Below are positions 26,075-39,010 of a stretch of 64,000 bases of DNA, piece by piece. How positions within the stretch are numbered: position 1 is the first letter of the stretch; every line of letters begins with the position of its first letter. The translations under genes were made by a program, and so were the position numbers. A model generated the notes under the pieces. It did not search any database and was not told the origin of the DNA. It saw nothing but the letters and a program-made list of their open reading frames with translations. Source of the DNA: Marsupella aquatica (taxonomy: Eukaryota > Plantae > Marchantiophyta); the NCBI GenBank assembly GCA_973895155.1, contig OZ316891.1, positions 2,657,324 to 2,721,323 of the forward strand, in the 5' to 3' direction.

Positions 26075-26736
26075 TGACGGGTATTTCGCCTGACGGGTAT
26101 TCTAGTGACAAAACCGGATTTTCAAATCCCGCCAAGGTTCCAACAGGAAACCCGTGACCTTGACACCGTCTCATAAATTTTAATTATTAATTTTTTCTTA
26201 AGTAACAAAACAAAATACAAGTCTTAAACTGAAGCCTCCATGGGCTTCGATGTCTGACAAGATCTCAGGATGGAGAACACAAACCTAGAACGACTGAAAA
26301 ATAGCCTTTTATGCACTCAAATAATACTTCTCTTTAGTAAAAAAGTTCAAACTTTTCTTTGCAACAGTAACATGGTCCATCCTGGTTATTACAAGGTTCA
26401 TGAGACTATCCACTCAATTTTTGAATTCTGCAAACTCTCTGTCGGGAACGCGACCTCGGTGGACGAAGTTGCGGACGGGACAGTGGACGGGTATTGGACC
26501 TGACGGGCGATTTAGCGACCAAACTTGATTTTTAATTAGTTCCCGTGACGATGGACGGGTGCTTCGCCTGACGGGTGGGTAAGCGGAGAAATTTCGATGG
26601 GAAACCCGTGACCTTGATAGACGAGACACTACTGGGCATGCGTTTCGCCTGACGGGTGTTTTAGCAAGGAGACTGGATTTTCGGGTGACGGGAAGGCTGT
26701 GACGGGAAACCCGTGAGATTGATGGACGGGAGACCG
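26075..26736. repeat. Clustered degenerate repeats built on (T)GACGGG / ACCCGTGA motifs
   Basis: TTCGCCTGACGGGT three times, CCTGACGGG once more, GGAAACCCGTGA three times, many further GACGG words. Confidence 0.8.
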
Positions 26737-27626
26737 TGGAGGCCCCACGGGCAAGTTCCTCTTCTTCCGGCTGGCCTCGAAGCGAGAGCGCGTGCATGTG
26801 GCCTGGTAGGGAAATGCCAATCACAGAACAAGAAAAGCTTATCAGTCTATCGACAGCCACCACCGAACGCGGCCACCTCTTGGGTGCAGCGGTCGTTCGA
26901 GCGTAGGCCCCTACTACGACTGCTGCCACTACTAGTTAGTGTCCAGTAGCAATGGCACGAGTGGATTAATGGTGGAGCACGAAGCTCGCGACGAAGTACT
27001 TGGAAATTGTGGAAGTCTGCCTCCAAAGCCGTCTGTGGTTCTGCATCATTCCGCTCTCTACCGGAGTAGGAATGCTGGAGTTCCTGGAGTGGCAGGCAGG
27101 CAGAAAGGTTGTTGTTGGCAGAGCGGTCCTACCGAAAAATACCGAGCATCAATTCTGGCCACAGTCAGCTCAATTTTGCCTGGCGTTATTACAGTGATAG
27201 TCTGATAGATACGAGGGAGGGAGGGAGGGAGGGAGGTCCATGTCCATGGATGAGCAGGTCCGACGAGGATGGATGGGAAAGAAGAGGACGATTGGACTGG
27301 GTCTGAGCTTCGCTGTTGCCAGAGTACTGCTGCTACTAGTGTAGGAGGAGGGAGTACGCAAAATCGAGGATTTGTGTGATTGAGAGGAAGCGGAAAAGCA
27401 GAGCTCTTGGCCATCGCTAGCTCGAAGGCATTTTACTGATCTGGACTAACTCTTTCATTGTCTGCATGGTCATTTAGTTAGCTGGGAAGACGTGGATGTG
27501 ATGTGGCTGCCATGAGCCACCACATGAGGAAGGAGGCACCGATGGAGTTTTTGAAAACCTAATTTGCTCGGGAGAGGGAGGAGGAAGGAGGGTTGAAAAC
27601 CATCCGGGGGACGGGGAGGAGAAGAG

Positions 27627-30600
27627 ATGGTGAATTCTGCACCCAATTCGCCTGGAGGAGTGTCAGCTGCGAGGTCCCGAGCAGACACAGGAGCCAATTT
27701 GCTGCAGGAATTAGAAGCATTGAGCCAGGCGTTGTACAAAGCTAGCCAGGCTCAAAATGTCATCTCTGGTGGACCACCAGGCCCCAGTCCGAGAAAGGAC
27801 AACCAGTACCACAGCCATCAACAACCACAACATCAGCAAGAACAACAACATGCCCATTCTGGCTCTTCAGCCGGGCTGCAGAGACGAGAGACCATGCCAG
27901 CCCGGACAATCGATGTCTTCGGCAAACACTCGTCTCTGGGAGGGAGTGGTGGTGGCAATAATCCTATTCAGCTTCCCGGCCGGAGGGGCACCCAAGGCAT
28001 GAGGCATTCCATTTCTTCTGGGCGTTCTGCCCCTCTTTATGAAGAAAAGGATCAAGAAGAGATGTGGAAGCATCCCAAGCATTCCAGGCACTCCATTGCG
28101 GCAGTACCTAGGCCCCTTCCTCCCGCTATGTTTGGGCTTCCAGAAGAGGAGGAAGAAGCACTTGCAACAGCATCAGCACCTAGGGCTGAGAGGAAGCTGC
28201 AGCCTTGGCATTCGCAGGGATTTGAAAAAAATCTGCCACAGGTAACGAATTTCCCCGAATGGCTGGAAGATAACATGAACTTTAGTAGAAAACTAGAGGC
28301 TGAACCAGAAAAGAAGAAGAGCATTTGGAACTGGAAACCGTTCCGGACTCTCTCACATTTAGGACACCATCGGTATAATTGCCTCTTCACTCTACATGTG
28401 CATGCCATTGAAAGTCTTCCCCAAGCTATGAATGGCCTGAGGCTCACAGTGCATTGGCGACACAAGGACCGATCGGTCCAGACAATGCCGTCTCGTGTAT
28501 TTCAGGGCTCTGCAGAATTCGAAGAAACGTTACAGCTGAGGTGTAGCGTTTATAGCAGCAAGAGTGCTCACCATGCCGTTAAGTTCATGCCTAAAGCCTT
28601 TACTCTTGGTGTCATTGCCCTGGATGTGGATGAGCTGGTTTTAGGACAACATCGTTTGGATCTTAGCAGATTGCTTCCCGAGGCACCTGAGCACGATCAT
28701 GAGGATGATGACAAGCCCGTCAGTTGGACCACAAGTTTCAAACTGGCCGGGAAAGCCAAGGGAGGCACTCTAGTGGTCACTTTCGGGTATGAGCTGTTGC
28801 ACAAAGAGAAGCATGACAAAAGTGGGCGCTTTGGATCGATAATTGGGTCGCCTTCTATGAGCTCCCCATCCCTTCGCTCATTCAGTGCTGGCTCCCACTC
28901 CACTCATGGAACTCCTCGTCCGCGTCCAGCAGACGAGAGCAGTTTTTACTCCCCCACCCTGTCAGAGCCTGGTGACTACCATGACTACATGGCGATGGAA
29001 CATTTAAACCTTGACGATTCACATCACTATGAGGTTGGTAGTGGTACAGGTAGCGGTGGTCGCTTTGGAGATGACAGCAGCAGCAGCAGCAGCAGCAGGG
29101 GCTCGAGGGCGGTGAAATCTAGGTATAACCGGTTAGATTCGAAGGCAGTAGGAATCCCTTACCCAGAGGCCGAAAGTAGTCTCTTCGGTGTTCCCCAAAC
29201 AAAGGAATCAACCCCAGTAGCACCGCTCACGCCGAGGCAAACGGAGGAGTTTGCCGAGTCTAAGAAGGAGCCGAATCAGGATCATCACGCGTCTTCCGCA
29301 CGCGATTCTTATGGGGGTTCGGACGAGGAGGATCAAGAGTTCGTAGTGGTGGATCAAGGAGTAGAAGTGGGTACTCTGCCTGAGAACATTCAGTATCCTG
29401 AGCACAGGTATGATGAGGCGAGGGTTGGTATTGAGGATCCGGACAAGAAACACCCAGAAATATCAGTTCCTGTTCTTGAGAGGCAATTTTCCTTCGGGCA
29501 CAGGCCTGATGGGGAAAATGTCAATTTGGGAGATCTAAGCCAGAAGCCAGAGGAGGAGCCAGAACCTTCACCAATTCCTGAGCAGAATTTGTCCTTGGAC
29601 TGGCCCGTTGCTGGTGCAGAGGCCGAGGTTGAAGAAGAAGACAAGGTGGTCCTGCCAGAGTTTCATAGAGTCGAAGAAAACCCGGGCCCGACCACTGAAG
29701 TGGCGAGATCGGTCTCGGGCTGGGGGGAGGAAGTACCGGAAAAGGACGGAAACGAAAGTAGGGCTGAAGACGCCGAGGACGAGGCAGCGAAGCGCTGGGA
29801 CCCCCTGGGAAGATTTGAACAATGGATTCCGAAAGAACAGCCGGTGCCAGAATTGAAGCTCGTCGATGCGGTCGGTAGTAACAATAGACAGGAAGAGAAG
29901 GAGCCGTACGGAGAAGCAGAGATACAGACGATAGATCACCCGCCAAAATCTGAAGAAGTAGTAGGGGATCACGCAACAGCAGAGTTTTTGGACGTGCCTG
30001 GGAAGCAAGAGCAGGAGAACGTAGCCCTGGTGGAAGAAGCAGAACAAGAAGAGAAAGCAGAAGAGAGAGAAGAATTCGAAACAAGAGAAGAAGAAACAGG
30101 GGTTTCAGAAACAGTATTCTGGAAGACTCCAGAAGACGAAGCAGAGGCAGAAACAGTAAATTGGGAGACGCCCCCTTCATCGCCTCCTTACCCATCAGGT
30201 CATGAGGATATGATCGCACAGAGAGATTTTTCGATGGAGGTAGAGGAGCCGAGTAGCAGAGCGATGTCCTTTGCGGTTCAGCAGCCGTCGGTAGAGAGCG
30301 ACTTTGGTAATACACGCAGTCAAGCGATGTTCGAGGACTTGGACAATGAAGTGGATCTCATTGCTGGAGATTTTCTATCCATGCTGGAGGGGGGAAGTGA
30401 CAGAGGAGGGTTGACAATGGGGATGAGCTCTGACAGTGAGAATGAGTCTCCCAGGGCCGTTCTGCTGAGGCAGTTTGAGCAGGAGGCACTCCTAGAAGGA
30501 GGCGTTGGCCTTCGTCTTGGCGGTAACGAAGGGATGCCGGACCTCAACTTGGATGAGATTGGGGAAGGAATAAGGGGTGATCGTGTCGATCAGTTGGGAT

Positions 30601-32650
30601 TTTCCGGTGTCCATTCCGATGGGGCAGGACCTGGGTGGAAGAGCGGTGAAGAAGAAAAGCTGGCTTCAATCATGGAGGCTGCAGAGTCTGAGCTACAGAA
30701 AGCCACTCAAACGATGCGAAGCAAGACCCGAGCTAAAATGCTGGAAGATGCGGAAACGGAGGCCCTCATGCAGGAGTGGGGATTGAATGAGAGAGCATTC
30801 GAAAATTCTCCGCCAAATCAGCCGCCAGCATTTGTAGATGTGATTGGCAATCAGATGTTGAAAGTACCCACGGAGCCTCCTGTCCTGGCACAGGGTGTGG
30901 GTCCTGTTGTTCAAACCAAAGACGGAGGAATGTTGAGATCCATGACCCCTTCGCTCTTCTCTCAAGGCAACTCCAGCGGGAAACTCGTAATGCAGGTGTC
31001 TAAGCCGGTTGTGGTACCTTCGGAGATGGGTTCTAGTGGTCTGGACATTTTTAGGCGTTTGTCTTCTGGAGGTGTAGAGAATATGGCTCTTCAAGCCATG
31101 GTAGCCATGCCACTGGAGGACATTACTGGAAAGAGCGTACATCAAATTGCTTATGAGTCAAAAGCAGCGCTGGAAGGACCGAGTTATAGCCAGGCCTACC
31201 TACCAAGTAACGGGTGAGTTTTTTCATACTTGAAGAGGACTTGTTGTTTCTCCACTGAAGCTTGTTTTAGTTAGTGACGCATTTGGTCCTAACCTCTTGA
31301 CCTCAAAAGCTGCATGGAGACATCCGCGTGAAGGACTTGCAGCTGCTGGAAGTTCATCTGATCGTGTATGACACTAAAAAGAGTCCAATGCCGTACAGAA
31401 CATGAAATTTGTTGAACCTCTGCATTTCACGACAACATGTACTACGAACAATTCTGTTGGTAGAGTTGCTTTTTAATCGATGCCTAGCATTTGTGTTCAC
31501 CAGGTACAGTCTGGGTCCGCGCGGGGGACGCCATAATGACACTGCAATTTCTTCAAAGTCAATGGCAAGGGGTGCGTCAAGAGGGTTCGGTCCTGCAGAT
31601 CCATCTGAGGAGTTCGTGAGTCTGGAAGAACTTGCACCTATGGCAATGCAGAAAGTTGAAGCTCTTGCCGTGGATGGGCTGAAAATTCAAGCGGACATGA
31701 CTGATGAGACTGCTCCCTACAGTGTGGATTCCTTACCGTGGGCGGGAGGTGCTGGTATCCAGCAAGGTAGTAAGTTCAAAAAAGGAGGGGGTGTCGGTTC
31801 ACTGGATGGTGTTGCTGCTATGCATCTTCTTGATGCGAGGAGTTTTAGTGACGACACTCCCGTTGAAGCTGACGGGCTGATGTCCAAAGTGATCTCAATA
31901 GATGAGTGGATGCGGCTTGATGCTGGCCATTATGATGAGAATGACACCAAGGATGAGACTCTGGCAATTTTGGCAGCTCATGGGGTGGTGCACAAGGATG
32001 TAGTTGCCAGGGGTAGCAAGGAAGATAGGATTAGGTACTTGCAAGGTGCTAAAGCAAGTGCCAACTTTGGAAAAGGAGGATTTATGGGGAATACCCTCAC
32101 CATTGCCATGTTGGTCCAGCTTCGAGATCCCCTCCGAAACAACGAGCCTGTTGGTGCACCTATGATGGCATTGGTGCAAGCTGAAAGGATGATTGTTCCA
32201 CCGCGTCCAAAGATTCCACGGCGTTCTCCTTCACTGCTTGGTAATTCCGAGGTGTGGGAAGAGGAAGAGCCCTTACCGGAAACTCCACCACAGCCTCAAT
32301 TCAAGGTTACTGCAGTGCACATGTCAGGGTTGAAACCAACTGAAGAGCACAGTAAAGATAAGGGTAAACCAAAGAAAGTATGGGGCAATCAAAAGCAACA
32401 GCAGTCAGGATCGCGGTGGCTTGCTGCCAATGGCATGGGCAAGAGTGCTTCCGCAAGTTCAAAGCTTTCAGCCCTCAAAGGTAGGCCTCAGTCTGACAGG
32501 GAAACTACAGCGAGGCCGGGTGAGTCCCTTTGGAGTATTTCCTCCCGTGTCCATGGCACTGGATCAAAATGGAAGGAAATAGCAGCCCTGAACCCACATA
32601 TTCGCAATCCAGATGTCATTTTTGCTAACCAGAAAATTAGAACTAGATAA
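27627..32650 (+). CDS. PLASTID MOVEMENT IMPAIRED1 / PMI1-related (PMIR) family protein, 1577 aa. Exons 27627-31213 and 31504-32650
   Basis: LLQELEALSQALY N-terminus; KKSIWNWKPFRTLSH followed by an NT-C2 domain (LHVHAIE..LTVHWR..TMPSRVFQGSAEFEETL..HRLDLSRLLP..WTTSFKLAGKAKGGTLVVTFGY); ESPRAVLLRQFEQEAL; KMLEDAETEALMQEWGLNERAF; MPLEDITGK; MLVQLRDPLRNNEPVGAPMMALVQAER; QQQSGSRWL; LNPHIRNPDVIF. Phase-2 GT-AG intron 31214-31503 joins the two long ORFs. Confidence 0.93.
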
Positions 32651-35254
32651 GAGTTCGTTTCAACCTGTCGTAGTCATACTAGGAGGAATTCGACTTCTAG
32701 TCGATGAAACAAACAACCCACTGGGTTCAAGTTCTCTGTATATATATGCTGAAAGCTCCCCTATGCGTAGCTCAGGGTTGCCGAGTGGAAAAGACAGGGT
32801 GTCTCATGCGTCAGATATTTATAGATGCGTTAGATTTGATATGATACTTCTCTGCGTGTAACATTCGGGAAATTGTGGTTGTAGACATGTACCTTAGTGG
32901 TTTGGCCAGTAGGTAGTTGCAACTGGTGTCAGGTATGAGAAAATTTGGCTTCCCCTGCCAGTTGTGTGCAATAGTGAATTTGGTTTATGAATCCTTGAAT
33001 TATCAACCAGTCGCTGTGCGTAGTGAGGCCCTCTTCATCTATTGTGATCATTGCATATACAGAGAAGCTCCTCAACAAAATTACAAGACATGCACTCGGA
33101 GTATGTCCTTCTCCTGCTTAGTCGATGAGGAACTGTGCTTTAAAGTATTTCAGTATATGGCTGATGACTTGGCTCCGTGGAGTTATTCTGCCTGGTGTGT
33201 GGTTAAAGTCTTTTGTTCCTGGAGGGCTGTCAATGTGTGTAAGAGTCCCCGTTATTCTTGTTTAATTCAGAGATGAAACAGGTCCTAATGCAACTCGCAG
33301 TGCGTGTGAGACAGCGAACAGGTACTTTGAAATCTTCCCAACTGTACATTTCCCCGCCGTATTTTTTATTAGGTCGGTGAGGATCTTTTTACCTCACGTT
33401 TGGGTATCTGAGATCTTTATAGAGCTTTTCAGAGGTAGTGGCCCAACAGGTATTTTCTTTTTTCTCTGTTGGGTGTTCGGACTGATTCACACTTTCTGCG
33501 TCCATCCTCTTAAATCAAAGACCTACGAGTATTCATTCTCTTTGCTTTATATGTGATCTGGACCATCTGAGATGCTTATGTATCAGATGGGCTGAAGTCG
33601 TGAGATCACCAATCCCGTCATCTTACCCGTCGGCTCTTTTCATAGATTTACATTGTTGCTCTTTGTCACTCGAGTGTAAACTGTAGCTATTGTACGCAAA
33701 CTGGAACTTGAGAGAACCGATGCTCACAGCTCCCGTTCAAGAGCTCTTCTGCTCTGAATCCTTGTATGACAGACTCAACTCAGCAAACCTCGTTTGTGCA
33801 CATTCGTAAAGGCTTCCTTGCATGCAGCGGACAGTTGTATAACTGGACTTGTAGACCCACTTCATGAGAAGATAGACAGGAAGATTCGTGGAAGAATTCA
33901 AGAAGACGATATCATTAGAACATGGTCTCGAAAAGGGAGCTAAGGTCGGGGTTAAAGAACAAAGAATTATTTTACAAAACGACAGCGGACCCATCGAACT
34001 GAGAACTTGCCGAAATCATAACTTTGTCAGCTTAATGTAGTATTGTATGATTAAATCCTGGTAATGGAAGGACGATGATTAATTTTGCTTTGCTTGATGT
34101 TGTTAGCTCTTTCCTTTGTGGCCGTGGAGATCTTTCTCTGGAAAGCGGCACCAGGGACGTCAGGTATTCCCCAAAATCAATTGTTGAGTCTGACAAGCTG
34201 ATAACAGGCAGGATAGTTCTTGCAGGAGTTCGACTACCAAGTTAAGTTCCATGTTCTTAAAGCAACGGCTCTTACAACCCAAAACAGATGTCAACTGATC
34301 CGTCACAACTAAGATGAGAACTTATGACCTGATATAGAGACGTCCAGAGTTCTAATGAACTGATATTTTAGATCTCAGGTTTTGGTCCATAGTCAGCAAC
34401 GCAGCTGGTCTTACATTTAAGCCATGAGAACTTCAGTAAATGAAACCGGCTTCCGCTGTTACGATGTCTTGAAAAACTCCGTTTTCAGCGAAATCCGTGG
34501 GCAGTCATCAAACAATTGGTGCGGTTCGGTTCGGTATGAAAGGCTACACATGCTCTATCATTGAGGAGTGTTTTTGGGTATGTAGATAGCTGACAAGTAA
34601 TGAGATTGTGATGTACAGTGAGCTATTTGAGGTTACAGTCCAGAAACTTCACCCACATTAAAGATATTTGTAAAGTGAGACCCAAGTTTGAGGGACGGAT
34701 TGTGCTAACCACAGATGATCAGTCAAGATGTGATGATAATCGAAAAGTGATTCGGGTGGACAGAAGGAGCTTGAGTTAACAGCGAAGCCAGACTTGTAAA
34801 ATGCAATAGGATGAATTGCATTGACTAAAATTTCAATGGCACGGCAACCAACTGCACTGAATCTCAGAAAAAACGAAGGGGTGGGGGGGCTGTTTTGTGT
34901 TGGGGGGGGGAGTAGCAGACTACCAGTACCCGTACCCCCATGGAACCAGTCGAGACCTTGCTGTTGTGCCTCTATGCACGCTATAAAGCTTCCAAAGGCT
35001 CGCCCAGAAATCCCGAACTACTATTGATCTTATCTGAGTGCCCTCTCTCGGGTTGGGGACGGAGCTCTCGTTTCCGCTGGCTATGGCGCCGGCATGGCAG
35101 CGAGGCGCGACGTCCTCCCGGGATGGTCATGGCACGATGAAGACGGCCTGCGGGAGCTAGCCAGCTCTCCTGCTATGGAGAGCACTTCGGCTCTGTGCTA
35201 CAACGCGGGCCTCCCCAAACTAATACTAAGACCGACATCACACCAACACCAACA

Positions 35255-36120
35255 CCAATCATGATGTCCACTGACTCTCCGCAGCGTTTGCGTTTGTCGC
35301 CAATCATGATCTCCAATGTACTACGCAGCGTTTGTGTTTGTCACCCGTGTGGGTGGGGTTGTGCTGGTTGTCTTGCTATGTCGTGTGGGCAGATTGATTT
35401 CCCGTAGTGTTGATTAGGTTGAAATTCTGATGTTGGACATGAGATCCTCCGCATTTGTGTTCGTCAACCGACCGCGTGCGAGGACTTGTTCTGGTTGTCT
35501 TCCTATGACGTCATATGGGCTGATTGATTTCCCGCGGTGCTGATGTGGTTGAAGCCCTGACGTTGGAGATGAGATCCAAGCCTGTGTGTCTGTCACCCCC
35601 GTGCAAGGAGTTGTTTTGGCTGTCTTCCTATGTCGTATGGGCCGATTGATTTCCGTAGGCTGATGTGGTTGAAACCCTGATGTTGGAGATCAGACCCTTG
35701 CATGTTGTGGTTTGGACAGGTTAGGGTTGTACAGCCTGGTGTTCTGTTCACGGATCGATGTTGGAGATGAGTCCCTTGCATCTTGTGGTCTGTGCAGTTT
35801 AAGGGTTCTACCGCTCGCTGTTCTGTTTACCGATTACAGTTTGATTTTTTGTTTAGAAATAATTTGTTTAGAGAAAACTGATCCTTGTGGCACCGATTGG
35901 TTGGGTTTTTACTGATCCTTGTAGCACCGATTGGTTGGGTTTTTCTGTAGAATGAATCTTTCTGTAGAGACAAATGATCCTTGTAGCAATGAGTAGGTGT
36001 GTGTTTTTCTTCCTTAGAAAGAATCCTTCTTTAGAGACAAATGATCCTTGTAGCAATGATTAGGTGTGTTTTTTTCTTTAGAAAGAATCCTTCTTCAGAG
36101 GCAAATGATCCTTGTAGCAG
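35255..36120. repeat. Compound tandem-repeat block (about 45-, 125-, 70-, 33- and 62-bp units)
   Basis: GCAGCGTTTG.GTTTGTC twice; GATTGATTT(T)CC..GGTTGAA..CTGA.GTTGGA.AT three times; CCCTTGCAT twice; TGATCCTTGT.GCA five times. Confidence 0.85.
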
Positions 36121-36743
36121 TTCGCCTCACGTACGGTCGCCACTCTATGCAGCCTGATCTCTGGTCTTGTTCGAATTAATCGATCTGTCCGTCGCAGTTT
36201 GAGAGAACATGAACATTACATCAATAGCACCGTGTTGTTAAGCCAACTCAATGCATCTTGACAGAACTTCGGTTGATGTGTCTGTCCATCGGCATTGCAC
36301 ACTGTTTGACATATCCGGGAAGATGCTTTAAACTTTTGCTGCCTGTCGATCCGTCTTAACAATGATTGGAAATGTTAGCAATGATCACTGCTACATTACA
36401 CACTTACCCAATTCGTGAAGACTGAAATCAGAGTCAGAAATTTCATTCCATCACTTATGTGCTGTGGATACGCATCCATCTTAGTGATAAGGGTCTCACT
36501 CCGCTCATGTCAGGTTCATCAGTAATCAGCACACTAAAGGGTATGTAGTTCCCAAGAGCGAACCTCCAGAAGAGTCGGGATAATTGCCAGAAAAAGACTA
36601 CTTCTCGACGCTCGGGCTCGTTACACCCATCAGTATGAATAGAAAGATAGTTGAATTCAAGTGGTCAGAAGTTCGCACCCAGACAGGATGAATGAAAGAT
36701 GACTGATTTCAGAGGGAGTGTTTCGAAGGTGCGGTATCCAGGA

Positions 36744-36833
36744 GAGCAAACGACTTCCTTCCATCACAGTTTTCGAAGAGAGCAAAACCACTTCCATCAC
36801 CGTTGTCCGAGAGAGGAAACCACATCCATCACC
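36744..36833. repeat. Three ~33-bp degenerate tandem units
   Basis: GAG.AAA.C.AC..CCATCAC repeated three times. Confidence 0.7.
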
Positions 36834-37223
36834 TTCTGTCTAACACAGACGAGTGGAGCCTTGAACCTTGTGAAGCCTGAATCACCACAATCTACTCAAA
36901 ATTGCAAAGGATATTGGGCTTCCTGCTTAGCCATTTGGTGTGATTTTTCCTCCCATGATAATTTTGTTGTATCTGCATAGAGGAGCCAGACAAATGATTT
37001 GATAGGAGCTAGTTGCAAGCTCGTTCGTGAGGAAGAGTCTTTTTTGGATTTGGGACACTCTCCCTAATGTCTGTGCTGCTTGGTCCTGCATTGGTCTTGC
37101 CCATAAAGAAGTAGCAATTCTATAAGAATGTCCTCCTCTGTCTTCCATTGCAAAAACTTATTGCCCATTGCTTTAATTTCTCTCCCCTTGATTATACCAA
37201 TTGAGCTCAATATCGGTGTGTTG

Positions 37224-37741
37224 CACAAAAAATGTCGTGTTGGCCAAGATGTCGTGTCGGTCAAGATGTCGTTAAGAAAAAAGAAGTCATTTTGCCCAAG
37301 ATGTTGTTATGTGAAGATGTTGTTAAGAAAAAAGATGTCGTGTAACCCAAGATGTCGTTATGTGAAAGATGTCACCAAGAAAAAAAATATCGTTAAGAAT
37401 AAAGAAGTTGTGTCACCAAAGACGTCGTTATGTGAAAGATGTCATCAAGTAATAAAATGTCATCGAGTAAAAAGATGTCGTGGCACCAAAGATGTACATT
37501 GTTATGTCAAAGATGTAGTGAAGTAAAAAGATGTAGTGAAGTAAAAAGATGTAGTGGTGCCAAAGATGTAGTGAAGTAAAAGATGTCGAGAAGTAAAAAA
37601 ATACCGTGGCGCAAAAGATGTTGTATCATGTAAAATGTCGTGAAGTAAAAAGATGTCATGATGCCAAAGATGTTGTCAAGTAAACAATGGTGTTATGTCA
37701 AAATGTCGCAAAGTAAAAAGATGTTGAGGCGCCTAAGATGT
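37224..37741. repeat. Array of more than 20 AAGATGTCG-type motifs spaced about 16-21 bp apart
   Basis: AAGATGTCG and its variants AAGATGTTG, AAGATGTCA and AAGATGTAG recur throughout. Confidence 0.9.
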
Positions 37742-38697
37742 TGGAGGTTTGGAGGTTTTGTTATTTTGTCTCCTTAGAATTGGAGAGAGGAGGGAGAGAG
37801 GAGCGCAGGGAAGAGGGCAGCACAGCGCGGGGGGGGGGGAGAGCGACAGGTGGTTGCACCGCTGTGCATTGAGGGCCAGGGTTGCGGGGAGAGAAATGGA
37901 GGACAGTTTTTCCAGCTTTATTCCTTTCTTTTTACAGTTTTGGTACTTCCCACCCAAAACGTCATGTTAAATTCAAATGATGGTCACGCCATTTTTTGGT
38001 GCCATAATGTATTATATGTTTTGATAGAGATAACAAAAAGCAAAAGCAGTTAACAGGAGACCTTAATTTCTTCTAATTGCAAACATTTACAAAGGGTCTC
38101 ATAATGGAAAGTGAAAATTTTGAGCTATGTTCATATCCTCCAATGCACACATGGATAGTTTTCTTGGAGATAAAATGCGGAAAAAATAGGCCTTTACAAT
38201 GGCCTTCAAATAAGATAATCTATCTTTTATCACTTTCCTAGCTTAATGCCCTTCATGAATTTACTTTTTACACCTAATTTCAGGGCATTTATCAATAAAA
38301 ATGCACATTCAAAATAAGGATCGCCACATTCTTTTATTTCTCCTCTGCTTTTACTAAAGTAAGGAAAATGAAAATATTTTACTCTTCAGGTGTGTTAACT
38401 TCCTATTACCTGATTATGAGCGATATTAACTCTCAAAACTTGAGCTAAAACCCTTGTTTTGAGGCATTATGGTTAACAATGTTCTCTAAAATGTATGTTT
38501 ATAGAGACTAAATGTTCTGTGGTTTGACTGGATTTTCTTCTACACCGTGTTAGGTACAACTTACCTCAATCACAACAATTCACAATTTTTGTACCCTTTC
38601 CCTTGTAAAGAACTCTTTGACCACGACTAAAATCTAGTACCCTCTGACCTTAAAATCCAATGGTCTTCCTTACTGAGTGTGAACTCCAGCGCCATTA

Positions 38698-39010
38698 AGG
38701 CAGGGCAGGGCTGGAGGAGGAGGAGGGACTCGGGCAAGGCAAGGCAAGGCCGCGGCGAGGGAGCTGGAGTCAAGGGAGGAAAGGCGAGGCGAGGGAGGGG
38801 GGGGGCAAGACAGAGGCGAGGGGCAGGCAAGGGAGGGAGCAGGAGTTGGGGCGAGGACGGAGGGTTGCCGACGGTGGGCTTGTCGGGGCTCATCAAGGGA
38901 GGGAGCAAGGTCATGGGGGGAGGGAGCAAGGTAGTCGGGGCTTGTTGGGGAGGGAGCAAGATCGCGACACGGTTGGGCTTGTCGGGGCGCTGCAGAGTCA
39001 AGGTGCTGGA
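38698..39010. repeat. G-rich low-complexity repeat (GGCAA, GGGAGGGAGCAAG, GGGCTTGTCGGGG units)
   Basis: GGGAGGGAGCA four times and GGGCTTGT.GGGG three times. The overlapping ORFs are compositional artefacts. Confidence 0.75.

Noticed and set aside
29208-31145. Long antisense ORFs (up to 264 aa) inside the PMIR gene
   Set aside because: Expected by-product of a Glu-rich, stop-poor sense frame.
37224-37741. CRISPR-like repeat-spacer appearance
   Set aside because: Eukaryotic context, 9-bp core, spacers of only ~7-12 bp that themselves recur, and no cas genes.
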